Of a DNA stretch of 64,000 bases, positions 1 to 11,559 are shown one piece after another. Within the stretch, counting starts at the first letter, position 1, and the number at the start of each line of letters is the position of its first letter. The translations under genes and the position numbers were made by a program. The stretch lies in assembly GCF_006345805.1 (NCBI RefSeq), contig NC_043006.1, forward strand, positions 100,874,001 to 100,938,000, read 5' to 3'. Source of the DNA: Octopus sinensis. Taxonomy: Eukaryota. The notes beneath the pieces were generated by a model, which saw only the letters and a list, made by a program, of their open reading frames with translations, did not search any database and had not been told where the DNA came from.

Positions 1-1032
1 ACTTGTTTGTTATTTATACGAATGGTTATTATGACGCAAGATATTTCAGAAAATAGATTGTCGAACATTATAGAACATATGAAGATCAATACAATATTTA
101 GAATTAATAAAATACACCTTTTCGTTCATTGTTTGAAAATTGTTAAAATGGAAGATAGCAAGCGAGACAGACGGACGGAGACGGGGAGGTGGAGAAGAGG
201 GGAGTGTGGAGGATACGAACTTGTAGATCGCCTAAATATAAAATATGTTCTTCCGTCGATACGAAAATAATAGAAAAGAACACTAACATGAATAATGGTA
301 ACAGAAACATCAAAAGCAGCGTGGACAATGGTAACACATGCAACGTTGAAGTAGTAAGGCAAGTGAAACAAACATGAATGGTGGAAGCAGAAATAGAAGT
401 AGAACGGACACCTAGATGATCAGTGGTAGAACGAGTAGATCAGAACATAGACACTAGTAGATCAGAAATACCAAAATAGACAGGGTAGCACAAGCAAAAT
501 TTAACCTCGACAGTGGCAGAACAGGCAGCACCAAAATGTACAATGGTAGAAGTAATACCAAAAGAGAAAGTGGTAGAAGTAACACCAACATTAATAGTGA
601 TAGCCCTTGCAACACCAACATGGACAGCGGTTTTAAAAGGCAACACTAAAATGGGAAATAGTCACACAAGGCACATGGAAGTGGACAGTGGTAGAACAAG
701 CTACAGTAACATGGACAGTGGTAGAACAAGCGATAGGGACAGTGCTAGAAAGCAAACCTGCATATTCGCAAATCTGACTCTGAATATTCTTGGCGCAAAA
801 AAAGGGGAAAACATATGTACCATATCAGAAATTATGAGTATGAGTAGTGCTAGGTTTTTCTTACAGCAAATAATTGATCTCTTGCTAGATGACTACAAAC
901 TAGACCCTTGATCTGGTCATCTTCATTGGTAGAACATATGGGGGGAAATAAACATGAAAGATGCTTTGCCCCACGTAGAAAGGGCAGCAGCTACTGAGAG
1001 GTCTTGCAAACACTTCTAAATCCATTACAATG

Positions 1033-1257
1033 GAGCTGCCAGAAACGTTAGCACGCCGGGCGAAATGCGTTGCCGTATTTCGTCTGCCGTTACGTTCCGA
1101 GTTCAAATTCCGCCGAGGTCGACTTTGCCTTTCATCCTTCCGGGGTCGATAAATTAAGTACCAGTTACGCACTGGGGTCGATGTAATCGACTTAATCCGT
1201 TTGTCTGTCCTTGTTTGTCTCCTCTGTGTTTAGCCCCTTGTGGGTAGTAAAGAAATA
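1033..1257 (+). mobile_element. tRNA-derived SINE, family A
   Basis: GAGCTGCCAGAAACGTTAGCACGCCGGGCG head, B-box GTTCAAATTC, core GCCTTTCATCCTTCCGGGGTCGATAAATTAAGTACCAG; many copies elsewhere in the window. Confidence 0.9.
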
Positions 1258-1469
1258 TACAATGATGGAAACCCTTCCATATCGTCAGCAGGTATCTCAG
1301 GGCCACAAGCGTTTCGCCCCTAAGCCTGTAAGCTTCACATGAGTGTGGAAGTGAGGACTGAGCTAGTCTTCAACTGCGGAAGGGTTCTACTTGCAGTCTC
1401 TTAACTATAGCTATCTTGCAAAACTTCTGGATATCTCCTACACTTTCTGCGTGGGGCAGAGCTTCACAT

Positions 1470-1700
1470 TTTTATTGTATCTAGTTTCAGCTACTGTGCC
1501 TATTTCTTTGATGTACTTATTCAACTGGCTGGGTTCCAGCCCTATCTTCTGGCGCAGTGATCTAGATGGAAAGCCACTGCAGCCGACTTCAATGGGGAAT
1601 GAACCTGCAAACCATCCCTTGACAGAGAAATATATATTCTAAGTCTGCCCAATGTTTGCGTTCCAAGTGGAGCAAATGTTGCAAGACTTTTGTAATGATA
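1470..1700 (-). pseudogene. Degenerate C-terminus of an RLE non-LTR retrotransposon (Hero/R2 superfamily)
   Basis: Manual translation across frameshifts: HLERKHWADL...KGWFAGSFPIEVGC(fs)GFPSRSLRQKIG...IKEIGTVAE, resembling the ERK..KY.DL / GW...P.EVGCRGF motifs. Confidence 0.55.
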
Positions 1701-2342
1701 TGAAGCATTCCCTTTAATATTATCATAGGCTGGAGTCTCATTTTAAATGCACGTGGTAGTTGCATGTGGGCGAGATATAGAGTCTTGTTTAAAAACGTTT
1801 CCAAGTCTGTCAAGTGTTCCCGGTTATCTGACGGATACTGACTGTATTACCTGCACGAATATTTGTGGCTATAGTATGAAAATGGATCGTATTTATGAAG
1901 GGTTTTTTTTGAGAAGGTTAGTAGAGAACTAATCTTGATTGTCCACAGCCACATATATACACACATATGTGTGTGTGTGTGTGTGTTTAATCATTTAAAT
2001 TTTTCCTGCAAGGAAGGATCTGGTTGCTTGTATGTATGTGTGACTGTAAACTGCATGTAGCAGGGGGACCTTGGTTTAGGAGCTTCAGGGTTTTGAGGAA
2101 TGAGGAACCACCGGATTTGTAGCACCTGTTAGAGTCCTAGCTATGGGCTAACTAGCAAATGTGATTACTTTCTGTCAGAGCGCGAAGGCGCAAAAAGAGC
2201 CTTGGTTGATGTCAGAGCGCGAGAGACAAGCTTTGAGTGAATTTTAAAGCTGATGCCAACAGCATCTGGGCAATTTTGATGGAATATTAACTACATCATT
2301 CAAGGGATATAACGCTCACGGTGGTATCGAAGGAAATGCGAA

Positions 2343-2650
2343 AGCACGTGGTTTAGTGGTTCGGGTATTGGAATCACGATCGTAACGTTGTGAGTTCAAT
2401 TCCTGGCGGTGCAGTGTGTCGTTGGGCAAGACACTTTACTTCACGTTGCTCTTGTTCACTCATCTGGCAATAATAAGTAGTACTTGTATTTTAAAGGGCC
2501 GGCCTTGTCACATTCTATCTCGCATTGAATCTCCTTAAGAATTACGTTAAGTGTATGCGTGTCTGTGCAGTACTCAGCCACTTGCATTTTATTTTCAGGC
2601 GCAGGCTGTTCCGTTGATCGGATCAACTGGATCCCCTGTGATCGTTAGCG
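2343..2650 (+). mobile_element. tRNA-derived SINE, family D (own head, 3' tail shared with family C)
   Basis: A/B boxes (TGGTTTAGTGG, GTTCAATTCC), TTGGGCAAGACACTTTA segment, then GGGCCGGCCTTGTCAC...GATCGGATCAACTGG tail as at 17.9 kb; sibling at 24051. Confidence 0.8.
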
Positions 2651-3079
2651 ACTGAGAGCTACTTTTATCGGAGAAATAGAATTTGAACTTTTTGAGCGTA
2701 TCCTAGTAAACAGGAGAGAGGACAGAAACAGCCGCAAGTATTTTGTCCGAAGCTTTGTTATTTCTGCAACTACCGTATTGGCAATGTTTATTGGAAAAGA
2801 CGGACTGTAAATACTCATTGTCCGTAAATATGGTAAAACTCTGTGAATTATAATTAACATTTTTCGGTCCGCTTCAGATTCCGAAATAAAATTTCAAAAT
2901 AAAAAAAGAAAAGAAGACTTTTCTGTATAATAACGATTTAGAAAACTATTTGTTTTGGTTTTGATTGTGTTCTTACTTTTATTTTTGTTTTAATCTAAAA
3001 TAATTCTTTACTCCAATCTTACACAGCTGATCAAACACATTTATCGGATGACTGAGCAGGGGCTACTTACTATAAATAC

Positions 3080-3310
3080 ATCGTCATCATCATCATCATC
3101 AGCAGCAGCAGCACCACCACCACCACCACCATCAACACCACCATGATATTATACACCGTCTCCATCGCCATTATGATAACCATCATTATCGTCGTCGTTG
3201 TCATCGTCTTTTTCATAATCATCACCTTCATTATACATCACCACCGCCGCTATTATCCTCCTCCTCATCATCATCATTATCATCGCCATCATCGTCATCG
3301 GCATTACTGT
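3080..3310. repeat. Compound (CAT/CAG/CAC)n trinucleotide low-complexity tract
   Basis: Read directly. Confidence 0.9.
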
Positions 3311-3544
3311 CATTATCAGCCAACTGTGACCGTTCTGTCTTTTCATTTCAGACATAGTGTATTTAGAACCATATGATTTAATGCGTCGTTCCTTCTTTTT
3401 AAAACGCTTGGGTGTGATTTGAATGATATTTTGTTGATATTTCTAGCTGGTCGATCAACCGTAGAGAGGCGCATTCCTTGGTCAGATTGCTTTTGCTTTT
3501 CATATATTTTTTGCTGCTAACTCCAGCGTTTCATCTCCTTACTG

Positions 3545-3607
3545 TGTATATATATCTGTGTATGTGTGTATGTATGTGTGTGTATATATATATACATATA
3601 TACATAC

Positions 3608-3640
<33 letters not shown>

Positions 3641-3665
3641 ATATATATAATATATATATACATAT

Positions 3666-3728
<63 letters not shown>

Positions 3729-3748
3729 CATACATACATACATACACG

Positions 3749-3779
<31 letters not shown>

Positions 3780-3825
3780 GTATATATATGTATATATGTT
3801 TGCCTGTATGTACTCACACACATAT
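3545..3825. repeat. (TA)n/(TACA)n/(CA)n microsatellite. Similar tracts at about 5325-5400, 5990-6100, 7105-7250, 8335-8555, 9290-9500, 10500-10635, 14785-15075, 36090-36245, 36875-36970, 37290-37380, 37595-37685, 44635-44820, 53052-53170, 60275-60470
   Basis: Read directly; source of the [12 protein letters not shown] pseudo-ORFs. Confidence 0.95.
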
Positions 3826-4309
3826 CAAGTAAAGTTATTACTGTCATATAAATTACAGCAGATACAGCGTTCGATTCCCGGGTGTGTTGTCAAAATTTCC
3901 CGTCTTCTACATAAATGTGTGTGTGTGTTTTCTCTCTTTTTAATTGAGAGAACATTTTGACCGGCCACCTACTTGGTAGCAAGGTTGTGAAGGAATTTAT
4001 CTTGTTTTAACCATCGTGCTTTAAATCTCTAAGTCTTGCACATTTTATAGTCCGAGATATCGTGATCATTTGTAGCATATGAATTAAGGAGCTGCGTTTT
4101 CTCCCCAAGATCATTCATTTAATTATGTATGTATATATGCAAAATTCTCGATGCTGTGAGGACTAAGACCTCCATTTACAGGCCATTGATATATGTATAC
4201 CTAGCTTTCTAGATTAAGTTTTCTAATGTACACGGTCGAAGCTCTCTCTTCATGTAGTAGCACTTAGTGTAACTATGCTCTTTACAATTGATATGCAGAC
4301 ACAAGGACG

Positions 4310-4827
4310 CAAGCTGGCAGAATCGTTAGCACGCCGGGCGAAATGCGTAACCATATTTCGTCTGCCGTTACGTTCTGAGTTCAAATTCCGCCGAGTCCGA
4401 CTTTGCCTTTCATCCTTTCGGGGTCGATTAAATTAGTACCAGTTACGCACTGGGGTCGATATAATCGACTTAATCCGTGTGTCTGTCCTTGTTCGTCCCC
4501 TCTGTGTTAGCCCCTTTGTAGGTAGTAAAGAAATAGGTATTTCGTCTGCCATTACGTTCTGAGTTCAAATTCCGCTGAGGTCGATATAATCGACTCAATC
4601 CGTTTGTCTGTCCTTGTTTGTCCTCTCTGTGTTTAGTCCCTTGTGGGTAGTAAAGAAATAGATATTTCGTTTGTCTTTATGTTCTTAGTTCAAATGCCGC
4701 CGAGGTCGACTTTGCCTTTCATCTTTTCAGGATCGATAAATTAAGCACCAGTTACGTACTGGAGTCGATCTAATCGTCTGGTTCCCTCCCACAAAATTTC
4801 GTGCCTTGTGCCTAGAGTAGAAAAGAA
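4310..4827 (+). mobile_element. Family A SINE, internally multimerised
   Basis: The TATTTCGT...GTTCAAAT..CGC.GAG segment occurs three times in tandem. Confidence 0.9.
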
Positions 4828-4909
4828 ATGATATGCAGATACGGTAAGCGATTCACGTGGACAATGATACAACAATTTTCTGTTATCCTCCTTTAGATAT
4901 ATATTGAAT

Positions 4910-5118
4910 TCAAATTTTGGCACAACGTCAGAAATTTCAGAAGAGGAGGGAAGTCGATTACATCGACCACAGATTTCAACTGGCACTTATTTAATCGACC
5001 CGGAAATGATGAAAAGTACTGTCGACCTCAGTGGAATATGATCTCAGAACGTAAAAAAAAGAACGAATTACAGCTAAGCATTTTCCCGGCGTGCTAACAA
5101 TTATGCCAGCTCACCCCG
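4910..5118 (-). mobile_element. Older diverged family A SINE. Similar old or partial copies at about 22000-22385, 25850-25980, 26855-27270, 34937-35080, 46845-47045, 50340-50470
   Basis: Reverse complement of the family A head and core. Confidence 0.75.
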
Positions 5119-5327
5119 TTGCTATAAGGATATGTATTAAGCTATATGTTGCTTCTGTGTGGACTAAGTTATTTGCTGACAGGCAGCAAATATATAGCAT
5201 GCTAGCTTCGCAGGCTAATTATTTTAACTTATAGAGTCAAAATTGTGATGCCATCTTTTCGTAACGTTAGCCTAATATGTCTTTACTGTTCATAGCTAAG
5301 GCAGTGCCCCGTTGCTGCCAATATATA

Positions 5328-5403
<76 letters not shown>

Positions 5404-5404
5404 T

Positions 5405-5990
5405 ATGGATAGGAAAACAAATGAGTAAATAGGTAAACAACGAGAGAAAAAATGGAAAACAGAACAAGTAACATAAAGAACGACCCTTCATCAGTTGTCG
5501 GCTGTCTATCTACTCCTCACTTCGAGCATTGGACGACAATATGAGTATTCGAAGACAATTCTTCCCATAAATACCAAAATAAAATTTGGGATTTATGGAG
5601 GGTCAAAGTTCGGAACAAAAACAGGACAGTGGAAGCATACAAGGAAACCAAACGAAAAGAAACACGGAGGGTCGTTAAACCAGAACGAGGGAAAAATAGC
5701 GAACGCTGAGAGAAATATTTTCTTTGAAAACAGAAAAGAAGAGCGAGATAGAAGTCCAGTCCTTAGGACGTCGTGGAGGAAAAGAAAGATGGACGATTGT
5801 CACGTGTGAGCAACGAGAGAGAGATTGAGGAAGAGAGAGACAGATAGAAAACGGTGAAGAGAAGAAAAACGGATTTAGGGGAGGATGGGGTAGAAAACAG
5901 TATAGAGTAGAATCGCATCAAAAAGGTTAAGATAAACTTACTTGGAAATTGATGCGTGGCGTTCAATTAGATAATAATATAAACAATCTA
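5405..5990 (-). mobile_element. (TA)n-flanked interspersed repeat, probably derived from a Penelope terminal repeat
   Basis: GAACGACCCTTCATCAGTTGTCGGCTGTCTATCTACT block shared with about 6955-7050; CTGATGA on the minus strand. Confidence 0.55.
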
Positions 5991-6107
5991 TATAGACATA
6001 CATACATTCATACATGCATACATACATACATACATACATACATACATACATACATACATACATACATACATACATACAAACTAACATACATATATATATA
6101 TAGGTTG

Positions 6108-6280
6108 TTGGCATCCTTTTTGTCTCGGGAGACAATGGAGTTGCACATAAAATAATCTAGTCCGGCTTTTACATTTCATGCCCTAATACATCTCCTGCTG
6201 TGGCTGTGTAGTCCTATCCTGGACAAACACTCCATCTGGCAGGGTGCTGCAAATGTAGCGAAGACTTTGCCTAGCTGGTT
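6108..6280 (-). mobile_element. 3' fragment of an RTE/BovB-like LINE
   Basis: Translates to YICST.(fs)..ECLSRIGLHSHSRRC (C-terminal Zn finger), followed by tail CCATTGTCTCCCGAGACAAAAAAGGATGCC. Confidence 0.7.
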
Positions 6281-6409
6281 GTAATGTCATGTATGTATGT
6301 ATGCATGTATGCAGGTATATAAGTATGTATGTATATATATATATATATCTGTGTGTGTGTATGTATGTATGTAAATATATATATATGTATATATATATTA
6401 ATAAATGAA

Positions 6410-6787
6410 ATAAAACATATGCATATATATAAACATATATGTACGTACCTACCTCTACATGTACATATACACGCATATATGAGTACAGGACACCAAAGGG
6501 ACGTCGAACACAAAGAGAAACGAAAACATAGACACAAACCAAAGGAACTGGACGTTATTTTAAAAACAACAAAAAATGGAGTACAGGACAATTAACACAA
6601 CGAAAAAACCCCTTCTTCAGTCGCTAAGGTTTCATCTACTCTACGTTTCGAAGGATAAAGCGAGACGTATCTTCGACAAGAAACTTTCCTTCCTGCGAAA
6701 AGCAAATCAATTAAAATTGTGAGATCTTTTCGCAGAGGGTAAAAAAAATGGTAAAAAAATGGTAAAAAAACAGGACAGTAACGACAG

Positions 6788-6836
<49 letters not shown>

Positions 6837-7105
6837 CATACATATATGAGTAGAGGACGTTACCAACAGTAAACAATATGAAATACAAAAAATTTGAGTT
6901 TAATATGTAAACAAACGAGAGGAAAAAATGCAAAACCAGGACAAGCAACACGAAGAACGACCCTGCATCAGTTGTCGGCTGTCTATCTACTTCCCATCCC
7001 AAGCATTGGACGATAATATGAGTCTTGGAAGACTGTTGGTCCCGTAAATACCAAACCAAAGGGAAACAAAACATGGAGGGTCATTAGACCTGAATGAGGG
7101 CAATA
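6410..7105 (-). mobile_element. Two related (TA)n-flanked repeats of the family also seen at 15350-15790
   Basis: Shared ATATGAGTA(C/G)AGGAC header; CCCCTTCTTCAG...GTTTCGAAGG block in the first unit. Confidence 0.6.
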
Positions 7106-7139
7106 TATATATATATATTTGTGCGTGTGTGTGTATGTA

Positions 7140-7184
<45 letters not shown>

Positions 7185-7355
7185 GTTATATATATATAAA
7201 TATGTATATAATATATATATATGTATACACACACAACATATATATATATTAAAGAAAAATATTGATTTATTTCGATTTGTGATTAACCTATTGTTTTACT
7301 TACATTTATAACTTGAATTTTATTTTGTTTGTAAACCTTCATTCTTTTGTATGTA

Positions 7356-7392
<37 letters not shown>

Positions 7393-7689
7393 GTGTGTGT
7401 ATATGTATATATGTGTGTGACAAAAGACGCTATCTGACCAGCGGGCACGGATACATCTATCACCCGCATACTAACCTCCTGATAACCCCAAAATCATTCA
7501 TGCATAAAGGGGAAGTATACACCACATTGGCTACTTCCTCTGTTCTCTCAGTTCAGCCTTTATGCTAATACCGACAGGTCAGTAAAAACATATTCTCGCC
7601 TTGTACTTAAAAATTCTGAGATGTAAAAAAATCCATTTTAATTTTTGCTGTCAAAAGGCTGTATATATATACAAAGATTGTATATATAT

Positions 7690-7940
7690 ACATGTAATGT
7701 GACAATTTGCGAACCAATAATTAACGCAACCAATTCCCAATAATATATTTGTTTTATCTTTTCTGCCAAATTTTCCCAAATATTCTCATCACACTATTGA
7801 ACTTCTCTGTTACCAACACTATATTTTACATGTAATGTGACAATTATGTATAAAAAAACATTGAATTCATAATATCCAATGTGACAATTATGTAAAAACT
7901 TTTTGAATGCATAATATTCAATGTGACAATTATGTACAAA
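7690..7940. repeat. Degenerate tandem repeat of AATGTGACAATTATGTA
   Basis: Copies at about 7696, 7834, 7878 and 7920. Confidence 0.75.
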
Positions 7941-8330
7941 AAGTTTTTTTGAACCCATATTATTCATGTTTCCTTAAATGTAACTTTTGACATCTTTACC
8001 AAAGAGTGAAACCGGTTAAGTAAATAAACATCGTTTAAATTGCATTTTCAAACCTTTTTTCTTAATAATTATAATATGTGGTGTGTGTGTGGTGGTGTGT
8101 GTGTGTGTGTTTTGCTTTCTTGAAAAAAGTTTATAAAACATCATTTTGCTGATAGACATATCCTTTGTTTACAATTCATAACATACAGACTTTGATATCT
8201 GAGTTGATTATGTCGTTGGTGTTCTATTTCGCCACCTCATTCATTGTGACGTGAGACTGTGCTTCTTTTACTGTCAAAGTAACGCCTACAAGAAAAGCAC
8301 ATAAAAGGACACGAATTGTAATAAATGAAA

Positions 8331-8364
<34 letters not shown>

Positions 8365-8492
8365 TTTATAACTACATATATATATGAAATATTTATACAT
8401 ATATATATATGTATATATACATATATATAATATATACACATATATATATAATATATGTAATGTGTATATATATAAGTATAAAATATATATAT

Positions 8493-8529
<37 letters not shown>

Positions 8530-8706
8530 CATAATATACATATATATATATACACACAAAGCAAAGACTTCTGACTCTATTGATTTTATCTCGATTTAAA
8601 ATGCACAAAACCACTTTTTTACCTTCCCACTGCCTTAATCGAGACCTTTATTCACGTTGGCAACTTTCCGTATCTATATATATATATTATATATATATAT
8701 ATATAT

Positions 8707-8737
<31 letters not shown>

Positions 8738-8887
8738 TACACCACGGGAGTGCCAGGGTCCATAGATTACCTAGAATTCTTCAATCTTAGAGTGGTTTAT
8801 TGGCAAAGTTTATGTGGTTTCTAGGTAAAATTTTGTTTTCTTTCGTTGAGTGTATGTTTATGTACGTGTGCGTGTGTGTGTTTCTGT

Positions 8888-8932
<45 letters not shown>

Positions 8933-9367
8933 CGTACGTGCGTGCGTTTGTGTTTACAATTTCCTATTAATTCTCTGGAAGATATCGGGTGAAATTCTTG
9001 GCAGATCTTATCGGGAGAAGTTCTTGGCAGGTCAAGAATACTATGAAGATTTCTTGAAGTGGACGTAATAAAAGATTTCGCAACACTTTGTAAGAGCGTA
9101 ACTATTTGAAGACAGTTCACCAAGCATGGTATATATTGCTTTGATATTTGAACGGCCAAAAGAACTGAACAATATACGCAATTATGCAAGTGTGAGCATG
9201 TGTGTGTGTGAATGAATCCGTATCTCATACACTAAGCCCATACGTACACAGGAGCATATGTTTCTATGGGCATAAAACCTGGTGTAAGATACATATATGC
9301 ATATACACACACACACACATATATATATATATACATACATTTATATATATACACATATATATATTAC

Positions 9368-9409
<42 letters not shown>

Positions 9410-9524
9410 TATATATATATATAGATATATATATATATATATATATAACATATATATATATACATACATAGATACTATATATATATATATATATATACAC
9501 ACATTTGTATGTGTAACGTAATAG

Positions 9525-9586
9525 TTTAGAAAAAACCATTGGTTTCATACCTAGCGTGAACTAGACATCTCTTCAGTTTCTCTAAA
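9525..9586 (-). ncRNA. Type I hammerhead ribozyme in a Penelope terminal repeat
   Basis: AGAAA-CTGAAGA-G-ATGTCTAG(TTCACG)CTAGGTAT-GAAA-CCAATGG-TT-TTTTCT. Confidence 0.7.
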
Positions 9587-10201
9587 CGATGTCCGTTCTT
9601 AGCAAAGAATGTTTTTTTTAACACAAGAACGCCAATGATAGTTCAAGAAATAATCTTCTCTAAAAAATTATAGCCGGGCGAGTTGTCTACCTTCGCTTGA
9701 TAGCCAGGTTTTCCAATTTTGAAGTAAAGATTTCCGAAAATGTGGACAACTCCCAACGGCTTCCGTCCTGGAGTTCAGGTAGCCTCTTGGCTCATGTGAG
9801 TTCATGAGGATTATATATCTTTCTACAATACACAATTTACACAGTTTTGTTCCACTGCGATAGGAGCCACAAGTTTCGAATAATTTCCACCTGATGTTAA
9901 AGGGCGTAAGATCGTCCTTTAGGTGCCATACGTATGCTGCAAGTGTTGTTGTGTTGCGAGTGTTGTTGTGTTGCGTGGCGTCTCTCCAAGACCCTGGAAG
10001 AAGATCTGTGGTTGTTCAAGTGAATTTTAAATTTGGATTCACAAGATCCGATGTAAATTTTAGTGTGTGCCCCTGTGTTGCATTGATGTTACTGATATTT
10101 GTGCTGCTTCTGTCTGAGGCTACCTTTGCTTGGTACACAGTAGCTTCGGTGTTACATAGGCCGTCCACTGTCATTCATTTCTAATCCTGCAAGTGTGAGC
10201 G

Positions 10202-10232
<31 letters not shown>

Positions 10233-10290
10233 TGTGTGTGTGTGTATTCTTATGTTTAAAAAACATTCTTTGCAGAGAACGCTTATCTTT

Positions 10291-10345
10291 TAGAGAAACT
10301 GAAGAAAGTCTAGTTCCCGCTAGATATGAAACAAATGTTTTTCTG
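10291..10345 (+). ncRNA. Second, inverted copy of that hammerhead
   Basis: AGAGAAA-CTGAAGA-AAGTCTAG(TTCCCG)CTAGATAT-GAAA-CAAATG-TT-TTTCT. Confidence 0.65.
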
Positions 10346-10529
10346 TGAACTTTTACGTTACACATGCAAAAATATACAACAGCTCTATACTTTATAGGGT
10401 AAGCTCTTCTCCTGATTTGTGTTATAGTAATGAATATATGTGTATATATTGTGTATGAAATTTTGAAAATTAAAGGTGTCTGTATACATCCTGCATATCT
10501 GTGTATGTATGTGTGTGTGTGTGTGTACA

Positions 10530-10575
<46 letters not shown>

Positions 10576-10658
10576 AGTATGTATGTATATATATGTACAT
10601 ATAGATATATATATATATATGTATATGCATATATGTGCGTGATCTCACCTTTTTCTAT

Positions 10659-10692
10659 GTTTCTGACGAAGAGCTCCGCACGAAACGTTAAA
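10659..10692 (+). ncRNA. Minimal Penelope-type hammerhead in a short (TA)n-flanked element (about 10635-10800)
   Basis: TTT-CTGACGA-AGAGC TCC GCAC-GAAACGTT-AAA; palindromic AACGTT stem III; one mismatch in stem II. Confidence 0.65.
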
Positions 10693-10832
10693 TCCTCCTT
10701 CTTTCTTTCCTTTCCTGAGCGTCCAATAACACTATACTTGTTCCACATCCTCGCGTTGTTGTGTTTTCTCTTTGTGTTTTCATGTTTGGATTAAGTTCAT
10801 ATATATATATATATATATATATGTATATGCTA

Positions 10833-10990
10833 AGGCAACCATCCGTCTCGAGAGACCATGGATATGCCTCAGGAGAATTTGTGTCAGTTTCTGATGGTGA
10901 TGCAGCGTCTACTGTGATGGTACAATCTCACACGGAAGTGGCAGTCTTGAATGCAGCGATTGCATTTGAAGAAACCCTCCACCTGTGTTA
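10833..10990 (-). mobile_element. 3' fragment of an RTE/BovB-like LINE
   Basis: FKCNRCIQDCHFRVRLYHHSRRC Zn finger (visible in ORF 10884..11144) plus CCATGGTCTCTCGAGACGGATGGTTGCC tail. Confidence 0.7.
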
Positions 10991-11050
10991 CTGATATATA
11001 TAATATCATGTGTGGGTATGTGCGTGTGTGTGCATGTGTGGTGTGTTTGT

Positions 11051-11096
<46 letters not shown>

Positions 11097-11559
11097 TACG
11101 TTGCCTGAGTGTATGTCTAACTTTTCTCTTTCTTTCTTCTGCATGTGGCTATCACTTCTTCACAGCTACACATGATCATATTCTTTGTATCTTAATATTT
11201 TGTTCCTCTTCTCGCTCGACATTGAAAGCTTTGTATATCCTGTTATTCTCTTTCTCTTTTCTCACTGGCTCCCTCTATCGCTATCCATTTCTCTGCTCCT
11301 TTTTCTTTCTTTTTTCTCACTAATTTATTTTCTCTATCTCTAGCACACTTTTGGTCACTTCCCCTTCTTTGTTTCTCTCTTCAACTGTCATAATATAAGC
11401 ACCTGATTCACACCTCTGCTTCATCTCTTTTTCCTGTCTTCCTCTGGAACTAAGTAACAACTTTAGCTGAATTGATTAACCAGAACTGCAGGTAATTATG
11501 ACATAACAGCTGATACTAATTTAAGCTGGAAGACAAATTTTGTGAAAAAAATTTCAAAT

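Larger units (their letters stand above)
9505..10375 (-). mobile_element. Penelope-like element (Naiad-like) remnant: GIY-YIG endonuclease pseudogene with an inverted terminal repeat
   Basis: Minus strand 10170-9670, two frameshifts: VDGLCNTEATVYQAKV...KIYIGSCESKFKIHLNNHRSS...TTLAAYVWHLK...IRWKL...YRSGTKLCKLCIVERYII...LNSRTEAVGSCPHFRKSLL. The 3' UTR (9505-9620) is repeated inverted at 10255-10375. Confidence 0.8.

Noticed and set aside
513-911. 132-aa ORF as a host gene
   Set aside because: Lies in a degenerate purine-rich repeat; no recognisable domain
3478-3960. Long [12 protein letters not shown] ORFs here and at about 7, 8.3, 14.6, 44.5 and 60.2 kb
   Set aside because: Translations of dinucleotide and tetranucleotide microsatellites
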